DNA of 62,734 bases, filler included, from Collodictyon triciliatum (taxonomy: Eukaryota), in the NCBI GenBank assembly GCA_043381765.1. It is 5 parts of 4 records of this genome, joined end to end, with 100 filler letters (N's around TTAATTAATTAA, not from the genome) between each part and the next. Parts side by side here need not be neighbours in the genome. Positions count along the whole stretch, not along the records: positions 25,430 to 39,669 come from JBHJMP010001854.1; positions 39,770 to 54,008 come from JBHJMP010001855.1; 3 more parts are not named here. One strand, written 5' to 3'. The notes beneath the pieces were generated by a model. The model made no database searches. It was not told where the DNA came from and saw only the letters and a list, made by a program, of their open reading frames with translations. Below are positions 34,562 to 48,708 of this stretch, in pieces. A program made the position numbers and the translations under genes. Numbering within the stretch: position 1 is the first letter of the stretch; every line of letters starts with the position of its first letter.

Positions 34562-37500
34562 CTACTCGGCAAGGGTCTCCCAGTCATCCACCACAACATC
34601 TGCTTCGGCGGGCGGTTTGGGCGCGCCTTCAAGACTGATTGACGCTAGAGTTGGCTGTGATGGCTGTGATGGCTGTGATGGCTGTGATGGCTTATCAGAT
34701 GCCGCGTCCCAGTCGGCTGTGTTAGCCCTCCTCTGCAAGGCCGGACTCTTGAGCTTGAGCTGTCGCTGCCGAAGTAACTCTGATGATTTTAGATTTTAGA
34801 TTTTAGATTTTTGGCCTAAAGGTTTTAAATTTTGGAATATTTGACATTTTGAATATTTGACACAGCCAATCGAGGAAACTGACCGTCGTATTCCAGTCGG
34901 CTTATCTTGCGGCGTGGGAATGGGCAGAAGAGGCCTTCCTTCATGAGGACGTGGTCGTTGGAGCAGAGCTCAAAAGTTTGCGGGGATTTGAAGAGGATTG
35001 CCGCGCTGGTTTTGTCGAGCCATGTGATCGAGTACAGGTCCTTGATGTCTGCGGCTGTGATGATGCGTGCGGCTTTGTTGAGGAACTGCTCAATGTCTGC
35101 GGTTGTTGTCTTCGATGGGACGTTTGGGATGTGCAGAATGTGTGGAGTGTCGTCGAACGAGATGTGGGATAAGGGCGAGTCCTTGGCCTTGGAAAGGAGG
35201 ATTTCGGGACTGCATATTTGATTTGATATTATTTGATGAGAAGTGAGTTGATGAGAAGTGAGTTGATGAGATATAGTGCACAAACACGTGGGACGATGCT
35301 GTCTTGCGGATGATGATTCCGCGGTTAGGCTCCGTGTCCACTGACTGCACTTCCACAAAGTAGTACTTGGCCAGGCGGTGGAAAAGCTCGCGAGAGTTTC
35401 TGTTCATAGGGGGCAATGTGATGGACCTTGTTTGTGTGTCCGCGAGAAACTTTGCGAGTGTAGCCTCGGTCATTTCCACATGGACTGGGTCATCCGTGGC
35501 GATTTCAATGAGAGCCTCTTCGTATATGGCGATGCCACTAATCAAGAAAGGAAAGGAAGAGAGAGAGAAGGAATGTATTAAAATGAATACATTTGTCTCT
35601 GCATTCTTTTCTTTCAATATATAATTGGCCAATCGTTGGCATAAGCGGTGTTTGCCAAACCTCCCGTCGATTCCGAGCGCCTCGCCGAGCTGCTTGTTTC
35701 GGCGGATGACTTCGCATCGTGCGTTGCATTGCACAGAAACTTTACCTCGACCATCATGGCACGCAACTTTTTCGATCTGATTGCCACAAGGGCAGCTTGC
35801 CTGTATTTGCTCGTCACAGGCTATATCTGGGCATGGCATAGTTGTATGGCAAACATGTTTGCATAGGTGCTCACACGCTGGTCGCGGCTTGCCACATTTC
35901 TGTCCGCATGAATGACCAGATTTTTCTGTGGATTTGATGGGTACGGGATTTAAAATCCAAAGGAAGATCCAACGTAAATCGATGTTTACATAAAGCATTC
36001 ATAAAACTACAGGTAACGGGGTGCACCTGAAGTATAACTCTTAGTTGGCGCCTTTCATTCGGTAATTTGGATTCACGCAAACCTGGTAGGAAGCACTTCA
36101 GTCCGTGACAGGCTCTGGGGCATTTGTGGACTCCACATGAAGCCAGGCGCCCGCATTCCATACCGCAGCTGACATTCTGGATGTGGCAAGGAACATTGAC
36201 AAGGACACCGTGGCCGCCTTGGCATGGCTTCGGCACAATGACTACGCAAATACGGCAGTTTGTCGCATCTGTGTGACACTCGTGCGGGTTCTCATGGCCA
36301 CAGGGATACGGGATGACGCAAGGATATGGACACTGCGGGAATGGCGTGCCGCAATGAATTGGAGACATCAAAACCGTCTTCCCACAGCGACAATACATGT
36401 CATCGAAGGAGACGTTGGGGCATTTACCGCAGGGGCCCTTGTGGCAGGATAGCTGCATTTGAAGAGATACAGTCAGTGACCTCAAGCAATGGTATACACC
36501 TTCAAGCAACACTATGTCTATAAAAGTGGAAAAAAAGTGGGAATTTGATTGTTTCTGTTTTGACTTGTATATATGCTTTAGCATATTTCGAAGCTTATAT
36601 ATGGTTTTCTCTTTGGTTTCATTATTTGCACTCTGTTGTTTGAGTATAAATCATCTTGTAAATATATTCAATGAGGACACATAGGCAGTCATCTGCTGTA
36701 TATAAATACTGAATGAGGGTATATGAATTGCATCAGGAAGGAGAGCAGTACATCGCAATTGTGGGTGCCGCAATTCAGCCGACGGCCACATCGAAGGCGA
36801 CAAACATGCAGGCCCATCGGATCGCTTTTGTGCTGCATACTCGGGCAGCATCGGATGGCGCATTGGTGACGTCCACACGAACGAAGACTGGTGCAAAGGC
36901 GCTCACATTTCACAAGAGACGGAGGAATGTTCACACTTTGCGGAGTGGTGCTTGGTGCAGCTGTTGCTGCGCGGGAACTGCTTGCAGAAGCGGGTGCGGA
37001 CGAAGCGGTTTGATGTGCACCTGATTTCACAGAGGCCTCGTGCTCCATAATGACAGAGCATGTGAATGTTCCCTTCGTGCTACCACAGCGGCAAGTAATG
37101 GTTCTCTGGAATGTTTGGAAGGTCACGTGTTCGGTGATGGGTGCGAGGAAGGAAGAGAAATAAGTATATGAATAGATACAAAACGGATCAAATTATGGCT
37201 AATAAACTAGGTATATCGATTGTTCTGATTGTATGAGAATAGTATTTCTCTTTTTTTTTAAAAAATAAAATAAAATCTTCTATACCCCTGAGGCAGAAAT
37301 ACTTAAACGGTTTTATGCTAAAATCAGAAAGGAAAACAATCGAATGTGTAAAATCAAATACTGTACTGCACCTCCTGTTTGCACGGCTCACACGGACCTG
37401 TGTGGCAGGGTGTAGAACATGTATGAAGACCGCATGCAAGGCGCTTACCACAGATTGTGCCACACGTAAGCACAGGATCGAGACAGGAGGTGCGCTTGTT

Positions 37501-39476
37501 TCCAAGTGATTGTTGGCTTAAAACGTGGCAGTGAAAAGTGAGATGGGTATTGAGGCAGACGTCAGCAATAAAATAATTTTTCTTTGGGTGCATGAAGAAA
37601 TCAAATTTCAAGTTCGTTCGGGTATCATTCAATATACCAGACACAGTCTTATAATAGGCAAGATCTATACAATACTGTTCATACCAGGAACACAGTGTGG
37701 TATTTAAAAAAGATAATGGGAAGGTGAAAATTGTTGAAACAGGAAAAATATGGATTTAAAAGCAAGTTACCTTTTTCTGCCACAAGGACACTCCTTCACC
37801 ACCGAGGGTGATGATGCACAAGGCTTGCATGCTTTAGGATGGCAAATTTCTTGACATGAATGATTCTTGCAATCAAGCTTTTGGTCACAAATCTTGCCGC
37901 AAGAAAACCAAGCGTCACGAGACGAATCACGCACACCCTCACCGCAATTAAAGAGACGCTTCTCCACACCACAGTAGCAGTTCTGCTCCACCATCACCGG
38001 ACACTTCCCACACTCACCCTCGTGGCAAACCTGTGCACATCGGTGGACTTTGCAAGGGAGAAGCTTATTGCACGGGTTACTACAGCTGCGCCCATTGTCT
38101 ACTTCCCCACAGCGAGCCTGATAGGTAGTTTCACCGCAGAAGCATGGCTTTGGTGGAGTCAGTGCGCCGCACGGAGGACACGAGCCCGGATGGCACAAGA
38201 CTTTGCATGGGTGCGGACAAAGCCCATTCTTGCGGTATCGGCCGCATGGCGTTCCGCAGCTGTGAGGAAGTTGATACGGGTCGGATGCGGGCTCGGCTGT
38301 CTTCCGGCAGAAGCACATGTATGAAGGCGCTGCGGTGTATTGGTGCTGGCAGCCTGGGCATCGCCAGTCTGTTGCAGAGACGTTTTGGAGAGGTGAGAAA
38401 TCTCAAAGAGTTATAAAAAAAAAAGGTATAAAGAAGAATAAATTAAACATTGAAAGTTGTAAAAAAAAAAAATAAAATAAAAAAGGGAACATTTAATTAA
38501 AAAAAAAAAGAGACAAAGGAAAGTTCCAAAATATATCAAAAAACAAAAGGCAACGTATAAACTGTGTTTGCAAAAAATCAAACGTTTCATTAGTTTTTTG
38601 TTTGTTATTTCAAGCCTCTCAACTACCTTGCTCGCTTTTTTGACTCCATTTTTTGATGCATGATATATGAAAGATGGCGTAGCAGTTGTCGCAGCTCCAT
38701 ATGACTGATCTTCTTCCAACGTTCTCGTAGCAAATCATGCACTCAATATTATCGCTGACTATCTTCTGAATCAGCGCAGAGGCCAACTCCGTGTGATTTG
38801 GATCGATTCCATGAACAATTCGACGGCTCCGGACAGTGCCCTTCTGTTGTCGGGATGGCTGTGACTTTGATTGGGTCTTCGCTTGGGTCTTGGATTGGGA
38901 TTGGGATTGGGATTGGGATTGGGATTGGGATTGAGATTGAGACTGGAATTGAGATTCTTCAAGGCCGTTTGGTTCCTCGGCAACTTTTGGAACATGGTTC
39001 AGAAACTGATTCTTTCCAGAGGGGTTTCTGCGTGAACGAAGGGAATTGGATGGCTCGGGTTTCTGTTCGTGTGACGATGCTGACTCCATATCTACGCTCT
39101 GTCTAGTGTTCGGCTTCGCAGCCTTCTTTGAGGAACGATCTGCAGAGACTGTGCTACTCGAGGGAGTGTTTGCATGCGATGATGAGGAAGCAGGTGCAGC
39201 AGGGTTCTGGGAAGAAGGCGGACGGTTGGACGCGCGTTCGAGAGAGAGACTTGTGTTGATGGTGGACGCAGAGTCAGAAGGATCGCGTATTGTGAACTGT
39301 ATTTCCACTGCAATGAAGGGATGATGAGAAACACAGACACGGGCAAGTTGAGTGACTTTGTAAACCGTCAAGAAATGAAAGCTCACGTTTTTTGGCCATG
39401 CTGCTGCTTCTTGGCTGGTTGCTGTTCCCTTTTTCCTCGGTTCTTTGTTTGTTGCGGGCTTGCTTGAGTTGGCCAC
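34562..39476 (-). CDS. NFX1: NF-X1-type zinc-finger protein (RING + NF-X1 repeats + R3H), multi-exon, start uncertain
   Basis: IECMICYE...WSCDNCYAIFHISCIKKW RING; many CGxHxCxxxCHxGxCxxC repeats; R3H LPPMNRNSRELFHRLAKYY; last exon ends VDDWETLAE* at 34562. Confidence 0.88.
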
Positions 39477-39636
39477 ATAAGAGCCAGTGCGAGTTAGAGA
39501 AAGCGGCGTGCATTTCGTGGAGGGAATTGGTTGGTGACGTTGCTTTTTTGTTTTTGTTTTTTGTTTTTTTGTTTTTTTGTTTTTTTTTTTGTTTTTTTGT
39601 TTTTTGTTTTTTGTTTTTTTTTTTTTTTTTTTTTTT

Positions 39637-39669
<33 letters not shown>

Positions 39670-39929
39670 NNNNNNNNNNNNNNNNNNNNNNNNNNNNNNN
39701 NNNNNNNNNNNNNTTAATTAATTAANNNNNNNNNNNNNNNNNNNNNNNNNNNNNNNNNNNNNNNNNNNNGAAACGAAGAGTGATTGTCCATACCTGGCGG
39801 GGTGGGCTCTCGCTCTCTCTCTCTCTCGCTCTCTTTTTTTTTTTTTTTTTTTTTGTTTTTTTTTGTATACCCAAGAATCGCTGTAGTCAAGGGTTTCTCA
39901 CAACCTCACTATTTTCCATCTGCATCACA

Positions 39930-42900
39930 TATGTTGACTCTTCTTTCGCTGCTTATTACATATTTTTACTCCATTCAGGACTCAATAAGTGATTCAGAGG
40001 AAATCGACGCGCTATTTTCGTCATCCACCTGGCAAATCTTAATGCACGAAGTCACTGACCATCTCCTTGATTTGACATCCATCCTCGCTCAGAAGAAGAA
40101 CCACCTTACAAACACGGGCTTTGCCACTCATGCAGTTTTCGTGTTGGATACCTTTTGTACTTTCAATTAAAGCAACTATATTTGCTTCTGCTCTGGGAAA
40201 AAATGCTGAAAATGATATCGGAATACTTCATGACTTTTTTTTTTGGCTCAACCCATCCATTTCTCTCCATTCTACTCAAACGATACAGGTTGGGTAATGT
40301 TGGCATTCAGCTCGAATATTCACTGGTTTGGTGGTATTGAACAGTTGCAGGCATTTTCCGACGTATTTCTAGTCGATGTCGAGGCTTTGCCAACTTCCAC
40401 AATTTACAGTTTGTTTATCATCGCATGGGTAACTCTGGCCTTAGTCACGTTTGCANNNNNNNNNNNNNNNNNNNNNNNNNNNNNNNNNNNNNNNNNNNNN
40501 NNNNNNNNNNNNNNNNNNNNNNNNNNNNNNNNNNNNNNNNNNNNNNNNNNNNNNNNNNNNNNNNNNNNNNNNNNNNNNNNNNNNNNNNNNNNNNNNNNNN
40601 NNNNNNNNNNNNNNNNNNNNNNNNNNNNNNNNNNNNNNNNNNNNNNNNNNNNNNNNNNNNNNNNNNNNNNNNNNNNNNNNNNNNNNNNNNNNNNNNNNNN
40701 NNNNNNNNNNNNNNNNNNNNNNNNNNNNNNNNNNNNNNNNNNNNNNNNNNNNNNNNNNNNNNNNNNNNNNNNNNNNNNNNNNNNNNNNNNNNNNNNNNNN
40801 NNNNNNNNNNNNNNNNNNNNNNNNNNNNNNNNNNNNNNNNNNNNNNNNNNNNNNNNNNNNNNNNNTACAATTCTCAAAGCATGATAGATTTCAAATGCAT
40901 ATGGAATATTCCCATAGCAATCTTAAATGAAATTATGAAATGCTATTGCCAAATTATACACTTATGACTGAATACTTTTGAATAAATTTGTCTATCTGTG
41001 TATAGGTTCTGTTGAGTCCCCTCGTGTGTAAATATGATGGCTCTCATTTCGTTTGGAAAGGTCATGAGACTGTCCACTGCTTCGCTCACAGTCATCTTTC
41101 ATATTTCATCATGTCTTTGGTCGGATCTTCCGTTTTCGTCTTCTTCTCAGGCCTTTCAAATCTGCTGTATGGTTATTTCATTTCAAAAATCAGATTAAAA
41201 GGTTTAAGGACTCATCATTAGAATGCTTGAATAGCTCCATTCAGCTTTGATGATCAAATTAAGAACTAAATATTATGGATTTAGAATGTTCGACCCTATA
41301 CCCAGAAGCGGGACATCATTGTCCTCCCCAAACAATCGCATCGGATTCTTGATATTCTTTTTGAAGACAATTAGTGTGTTAATACACACTTTTTCTGAAT
41401 GCAGTCTGCTGCTAAGTGGATTTTTGTTTGTCAGCTCGGCAGCGATGACCCTACTCTTCCTATATACACCTCGCTTCTTTAATCCATACTATAACAACTT
41501 GGTATGTTTTCATTTGAAGTAAAATTTTAACAACTTACATCCTTTGCTGTGCCTAGCATTCTGAAAATAATCAATTTTTTTCTTACTAAGCAATCTTGCT
41601 GCCTTTCCCTGATATGCTGGACTTCGCTGTTTTCTATTATTTTTTCTGCAAATGAGAATGGGTTTCAAAGAGCACGTTTTATAGTATACACTATTATGTC
41701 ACCCATCATCATGGCTCTAGGCTGGAGGATAATGGGTAGGATTTATGTAATGATTATGATGGTTCAAATTTGCATGAAAATTAACTCTCGTTTCTTTATT
41801 TTGAAGGTTGGAGATTAAAAACGCTGAAAATGAAACTTCTGAGTTTAATGGAAGTTCCTTATTCAAAAAGTTTTTTTCAGTTTCCTCACCAATTGGAACT
41901 ATGTTGCCGTGGAGTTTTCTACGAAGCAGAGATAGACATTTCAAGGTAAGTTTACCATTTCACTATTATTTTATTAGAAATTTACATAAAGTTCGGTAAA
42001 TAATTTTTTTCATAGGGCACAGAAAATTAAAAGCATATTACAATCTGGGATAAAACAATTCAAGCACTCTTTAATTCTACGATGTTATTTCTGTTCTTAT
42101 TTAATAACATTTGAAAAATACACTGAAAATGGAGAGCTACAGCTTCAGATATACAGTGTAATAATTCAATTATTTAAACTGTAACTTGATGAACATAACA
42201 GATGAGTTATTGCTTACAAAAAAATCAAACCAAAAAAAATTATCCAGTTAATGAAACGAAAAGCATCCTTCATTGACGAAAGATATCTAACAGCAGCTTT
42301 GAGAAGGATCTGGCAACTAAAATCTTCTAGCGCGTAATATTTGGTTCTTAAGAAACAGTTGACACAATCGGTAGTATTATTGGGCAAATAGATTAATGTT
42401 AGAAAATTAAATTTATAGTGCTGGAGGATATACCCGCGGAATTAACGATGAATTATTGTATAAGCGGCAGTCAGCAGTGGCCAAGTATGATTATAATGTT
42501 ACTTTAAAACCATTGGTAAGGTGATTCTTATATCCCAAAAAATATAGATACTACCATAATCAATGTCGAAAGAAAATATATTTCTTCTGGAGAGGGCTTT
42601 TGCGCAGTGATTGCGATGAGAATTTTATTGACTCGAAAGCTGAGGAATTCGAGTATTATGAACAAAGAGCTTTAATGTCTTACGAGCGGCTAATAAAGCG
42701 ATTCCCAGGAAACAAGGTCTTTCATTGTGATGAAACAGAACGAGCACCATATTCAAATGTTTTGGAAACTGTCATTCATCAGTTTAAAAATTCTATTCAG
42801 GAGTTATTGCGCAATATTGGTAGCTTTTGGATGGACGTTCATGGAAATACTGCCATTGCTGACGACTATTTTAGCATCGCTGATGATATAGAAGAAGCAG

Positions 42901-45900
42901 AAAGCAGTGTAAAATAGAATTTTATATATGATTTATGTAAATACATGATATATAATTATGCTTCATTATCTTGTTAATTATAGAAAAAATCAAAGTTTCA
43001 CTTTGATCAGTCCATCGTCATTGAAGAAAAAGAGGCAAGTATTTTTTCGAATCTATTTTTTATGATTATTATATTTCCCTTATTTTCCAAAGATTTATCA
43101 TGATTACTCTAGAATTTGACGAATGAGGAGAAAAAAGATAAACCCAACACATCTGCATTGGACAGACTGCGAAAAGATGGTCCACACACTGAGATTACCA
43201 CAACAAGCAATGAAAAGGAAAGGTTATTCTATATTTTTATATTTTAAATTGAATTTGTTTTTCCAGCTCAGTTTTTTTCTTATGTACTTTAGGTTAAATA
43301 AAGTGAAAATGAGATTAGCTAAAATACAATCCAACGCTGGAAAAAACGATTCAGATACGATTAGATTTTTTTCTTATTTTTTGAGAATTCTGCAGCTGGT
43401 GTTATTTCTGGCACCTCTAATTGGTAATTTTTTGATCAAATGGAGTATACAGACATATTGTTTTAGAAAAAGTTTCTACTAATAATCTCTAAATTGCAGT
43501 TTACTCATTTCCTTATAATTCCACTCAAAAATAATTTTTTATAGGTTTTATAATTTTTGACAAATACATGGCAAGCTTGAATACCACATCAAGGCTTCTC
43601 ACCAAAACTTACAATCAACTTTCTCTATTTCATGAGATTAATTATGCCGTTCAGTCACAATCTCTAAACGACATTGTAAATATCAATCCATCTCAAATAG
43701 ATATGCATTTGATACTTTTTTTTTGAAAAAAGAATAGCGTTTAGATCACATAAAATTTTGATTAATTCAAAATTTCATGTATGCATTTCAATTTTTTATC
43801 AGAATTTCGGACCAATCGACGGCGTTTATTACTGCGGCCACAACATTAGTTGTATCAAAGAAACTAGGGAAAGGCAGCTCGAAAATGTCTACCAGTTGAC
43901 AAAAATGGCAGACTCTATATTTACTTCAGGAAACTACGTTCATACAGGGATGCGCAGGTTATGGACGCAGAAAAGGATTCCAGTGCTTGTTTTTGTGGAC
44001 GATCTCACCAATCCAATAGAAGTTAACATGACATATTTAGGATTGTTGAATTATTTTGGAATATCAGCAGAGGCTGTTTTACAGACAGGTAGTTTTAGTC
44101 TAGTTTATAATAATTTTTTTTGGGAAATTATGATTTAATTGAAGTTTTTATTTTCATAAAAAAAGATTTGAGTGAGGCGATTGACTCCAATACGGATTAC
44201 CTATTCATCGCAAAAAACTCGAGAACAGCAATATTTAAGGCTTATCTAGATAGCATATCGGTTTTAATTTCCCAAGATCAGCAAGATGTTCACGACTACA
44301 CTATTGAAATGATAGTACTCATAATATCCATTCTCTTGCTTCTATTAATGGTCACCACTCTTTGGAGTCCTGTATACAATCGTGTAAGGAATGAGGTGTC
44401 TGCTCTTGGACTTTTAAAAACGGTTCCGAAGAAAGGTAGGACACGTTTATTAAAAAAAAAATATTAATAGGATAGATAAATATGCATGTGAAATGGTTTG
44501 CTCCATAATAATATGATATGGTTACAAGGAATATCAATTTTGTGCGCAAAATATTCTCTTCCGATGGAGCAATCGAACGAAATGTCTAGTTCTGACATTT
44601 TGAATATTCACTCCACTTCGAGGGATCAATCTGTTTACAAATTTCAACTTTTGCTGGTTTTGACTTTGGCATCCATGGTTGGTTTTTTTGTTTTCTCGCT
44701 TTTAGGGCTAAGGGGCACAGTGAAGTATGTCCATTTTTTATAATCATCAGTAATTATCTATCGAACCCTCACAGATCTAGATAGAGTTTTATTAAACTAA
44801 GCAAATGTCAGGTTGGTTCCAAATACAGATAAAGCAGCTTTGAGACTCAGCTTCCTTCATGACACTCAATATGGGGACCGGTCATTATTTTTGAGAAAGG
44901 AAACTGAAAATGCGGAATATAAGACCATTATGAATTCAAGAGAACGTATGATAGATGAACACCACAATCTTATTTCCTTGATTGTTGATAACCCTATGGA
45001 AGAGAAATGGCTTCTTAATGGATGTAATTCCAAATCAGATACAGGGATTCAAACATACATAAATGATGTTCTTTCCAAATCCTTAAAGGTAAAATTTTTT
45101 CTGTTGGTCAGTATTCGTATTACTTGCACGATCTTGTATATTTGGTCACTAATAAATTATCTAAACAGTTTGAAATGGAGTCCAAAAATATCGAGCTGAA
45201 AGAAAGATATAATTTTGCCGTAAGTAATTTCCCGTATGAGATGGACCAGAGTTTTCCAGTTCAGTGCATGAAATATATTCGTGACGAGTTGATTCAAATG
45301 GTTGAACATCATAAAAGCACCACAAAAAATCACGTCACTATGTACTTTTTCATCGTTTGGCCCATTTTCCTTTACTTTTATGGTAATTTTTTGAAAAAAC
45401 CACGCAGCGTTTTATCAAATGTTTTTTATAAAAATTTAATTATTGATAATGATATTATATTTATCTATATAGTTAGATAAATATAATATCAGATAAGATG
45501 AATGCAATTACATATTTTGCTTATATCGAATCGTTGTATGATAAGCCAACACTTGTGATTAATTTTTGAAAAAGCCATTTTCAGTTCATTTTCGATTTTA
45601 TTCTCTCTCAAAATAATTAACTAATACGATTCCTGATTTTTGTAAAATTTGTAGCTTTCATGCTGCCGACAAAGTTCAACCAGCAAGTTAGAAATGCCGC
45701 TCTAAGATCGAGTAAGATTCTAAGAATGGTCCCAACCTCGGTGGCAGATACCTCTCACAAATTGAGGGACTATCTTATCGAAAAAGGGATACTTATGATA
45801 GAAGATTTTGATGATTTCAAGGAGTTTGGTATCAATATGATTGGCGAAGAAAATGCACCAGAAAAATTTCATGAGGAAGAAATCGTAAGTGTGAGCAGGC

Positions 45901-46627
45901 GGAATTCAACAACAGGTATTGTGTTAGGCCTTTTCTAAAATTATTTGTGTCATAGAGCTGTAATAAAAGTCACACACGATTGTTTAGAACAATCACTTAT
46001 CATATTATGTGTAAAATATATGTACATGAATGATTAAAATTTGTGAAAATTAATAAAATAGAGGGGTGCGCCTTCCTTTCACAACAAGAGATATTACGAA
46101 AAAATGAGCTCACTGGCCCTGTCAACGTACACGAGAGTAACCACTCGATCGGACAGAACAGGTATATAGGCTCTAATTCACTTTTATTTACGAAAGAAAA
46201 CGAGAAAAAGACCATTTCATGTTGTCAGAAAACGAGCGAACATGCATGTGTTAATGCGCAAGAGATGGAAGAGAACGCACATAGTCAAGAGGCAAAAAGA
46301 GTGCCTTCGTCCCATGATTTGATTACACATGAAAACTCGCATCTTTGTCATAATATCGCTCTAAGAAATAGTAGTGGATGTTCGAATGCACTAGACTATC
46401 ATGATCTTCGTGTTGATTTACCGAAATCTGACGAAAACTCTCGTGGTTTAAGCTCTTCAGAGAATTCACAGGATGTTGAGAGAACGACTCGTCTTTTGTC
46501 ATTCAACTCTGGTACAGATATGCCTGTGATTGTTCCACTCACAATAGAATCCTTGAATTCTCTCAATTCTTCGATGTCTGAGTTGAATCAATCGCGCCCA
46601 AGCTCCAGACAAGGAAAAAGGAAATGA
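39930..46627 (+). CDS. TmcB/TmcC-like large multipass membrane protein, multi-exon, partial
   Basis: N-terminal TM block (PLVC...VHCF..SH, PRFFNPYYN), TPR-like segment YERLIKRFPGNK...FWMDVHGN...ADDYFSIADDIEE, further TM segments and SKILRMVP; interrupted by a gap. Confidence 0.6.
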
Positions 46628-47340
46628 CTTTAGGGTGAATTATTTCCGAAATATGCTGATTGGGTTGAGTTTTTCTGAGAGGCATACAACTTCTTATCTT
46701 CAACTTGCCAATATTTGACTTTTTTTTCTGGATTGCCCACTTCATAAGTGCATTTTCTTAAACTTGGTTGATTAAGTTATACTTTATCTGGATTTGCTAA
46801 AGCACTTATCGTTTCTTGAATGAATAATTTTTTCTAGTATGTCTCAACCCTTTCGATTTTTTCACTGTGAAGTGGTTTACCATAACATAGATTTAAGTTC
46901 GTTTCTTTTTAAAAGAAATTGCGGCCATATCCCATTATAATTGACAAGATTATATATGCTCCATTAAAACCAAGCAGTTATATCGTTACTATGACTGATT
47001 CATAATTAGAAGATAAAAAAATACTGTCCCTTTTACAGAAATGAGATGTGGACGAGACAGTGAAAACCTAGGATTGTGTGGTTGGAGTTTTTGTGTTTTG
47101 GCAAAAGAAAAAAGGAGAAGAAGAAAAGTAAAAAGATAGAAAGGAGAGAGTATTCTCACATCCAGACTATTCTACCCAAGGTTCAAACTCCAACGCGATT
47201 TCATATTGTATTCGAGACTGATAGAAGAGCGGATAAACTTGTCGGGTCGATGAAAGTACGCGCATGGCTGTTAATTCTCAAATCGATTCCGACGAGTCCT
47301 TTCAACCACCCAACTCAGACAAGGTTTACATCCTATTTCA

Positions 47341-48708
47341 TTACACTGGATGAGTCTTTTGAGGACAACGGGTCACTTTTCTTGCGGTTTTGCTGGGCGA
47401 TTCAGAAAAAAAGCGATATATCGTTGTTTGTGTGGTAATATCGGAAGTGACGCTTGACCGTCCCCTGGCTTCGAAACCATGGATAGCTGGCAGTGGACTT
47501 TGCTTAACCGTAGTATGGATACGCGTTTGTGGTTTTAGAAACATACGCTCCTGCTTTCTCGGACTGTCTTTGGTGTGAAGTTCCAAGCTTGGATTCGACT
47601 TGTGCTGTTTGTTCTTGCTCCTTGGTTCTCGGTGCGACGGGCTGGGGCAGGGCAAACGGAATATCTTTGGTGGGCGCTGGTTCTTGTGTTGCCTTCGTTC
47701 TGGATATCCTTTCGGATAAGTAACGAAGACTGCCTTGAGGCCTCCTATGTTAACCATATTCACGTCAGTCTGAATGGGAACTTTAAGGGGGGATTTCTTT
47801 CAGGGGTTTGGAGATGCTGCTGCTCTTGGGTCTTGCGATGTGCGGGATTGTCCGGTATTGGCGGTGGAGGGCTTGAGTGCGAGGATTCTGAAGAGGAACC
47901 GAGATTTCCTTCCATGTCATTGTCGCTGTCGCTGTATGCGCGTATCTGCTGTGAGCCATGTGGGCTCTGTTGTTGCCTGGCCTTGTCTTCCTTGGCCCCG
48001 TTGCTGCTTGTCTGCTTGGTATGTGTATTCTTTTGCGAAGTTTTTACTTGTCGTTCGTTGTTCGCGGCTGGCGGACGCTCTTTGAGGATGCAACTTGGAC
48101 ACTTCTTGGCCCATGACCGTAAACTTTGCAGGGAGCTGGTTCTTGTGGCAAAGAAGCTTCACCATGGCCGTGTCTGTGAAGAAGCCTTTGTCCTTTTTTA
48201 TCTCCACGTGGGTCGGTCTGAACGGCTTCAGCTCCTCACGAAGGAGTTGCGGCCACACGTCCAGCGGTAGTTGGTAGAGCATCACCGAGGTCTCTGTTGG
48301 TTTACTTCTGCTGAAGCTACTCGTAATATCGCTCAAACTTACCTGATTTAGCTCCAGAAGCTTTCGGGCGTTTTCTGTAGTTGGATGGAAGACAACCAGG
48401 CAAAGGCCTTCGCTGTCCGGTAAGCGCAATCGGATGGACTCTTCCCAAAGTTTGTTCGCTTTCAAGAAGGAGGCGAGCGCATCTGTTAGCCTGCGGGCCG
48501 TGTTCTTGTTGTAAACGACTTGCTCGACCCTGTGCAAATATACTGATTCTCTCAGACAGACTTGCAGGCGGCTTCCTTGCATGGGGTTTTCTGGACTTAC
48601 GTGAAACTCAGGTTTTTCCGCACCAGCGTTGGAACCAGAAGAACTGGCTGCAATTTGCAAATAAACAACATGTTTTGGGTTGTATTTGTATCTTATAATT
48701 TTTTCCAT
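47341..48708 (-). pseudogene. Possible degenerate non-LTR retrotransposon ORF1 (gag-like) fragment
   Basis: Intronless, GC-richer block; TSVMLYQLPLDV...LREELKPF...TAMVKL...LPAKFTVMGQEV resembles L1/Tx1 ORF1; apparent frameshift near 48100; no RT found. Confidence 0.42.

Noticed and set aside
40404-40967. Long ORFs made of X (also 51560-52692)
   Set aside because: Artefacts of N gaps
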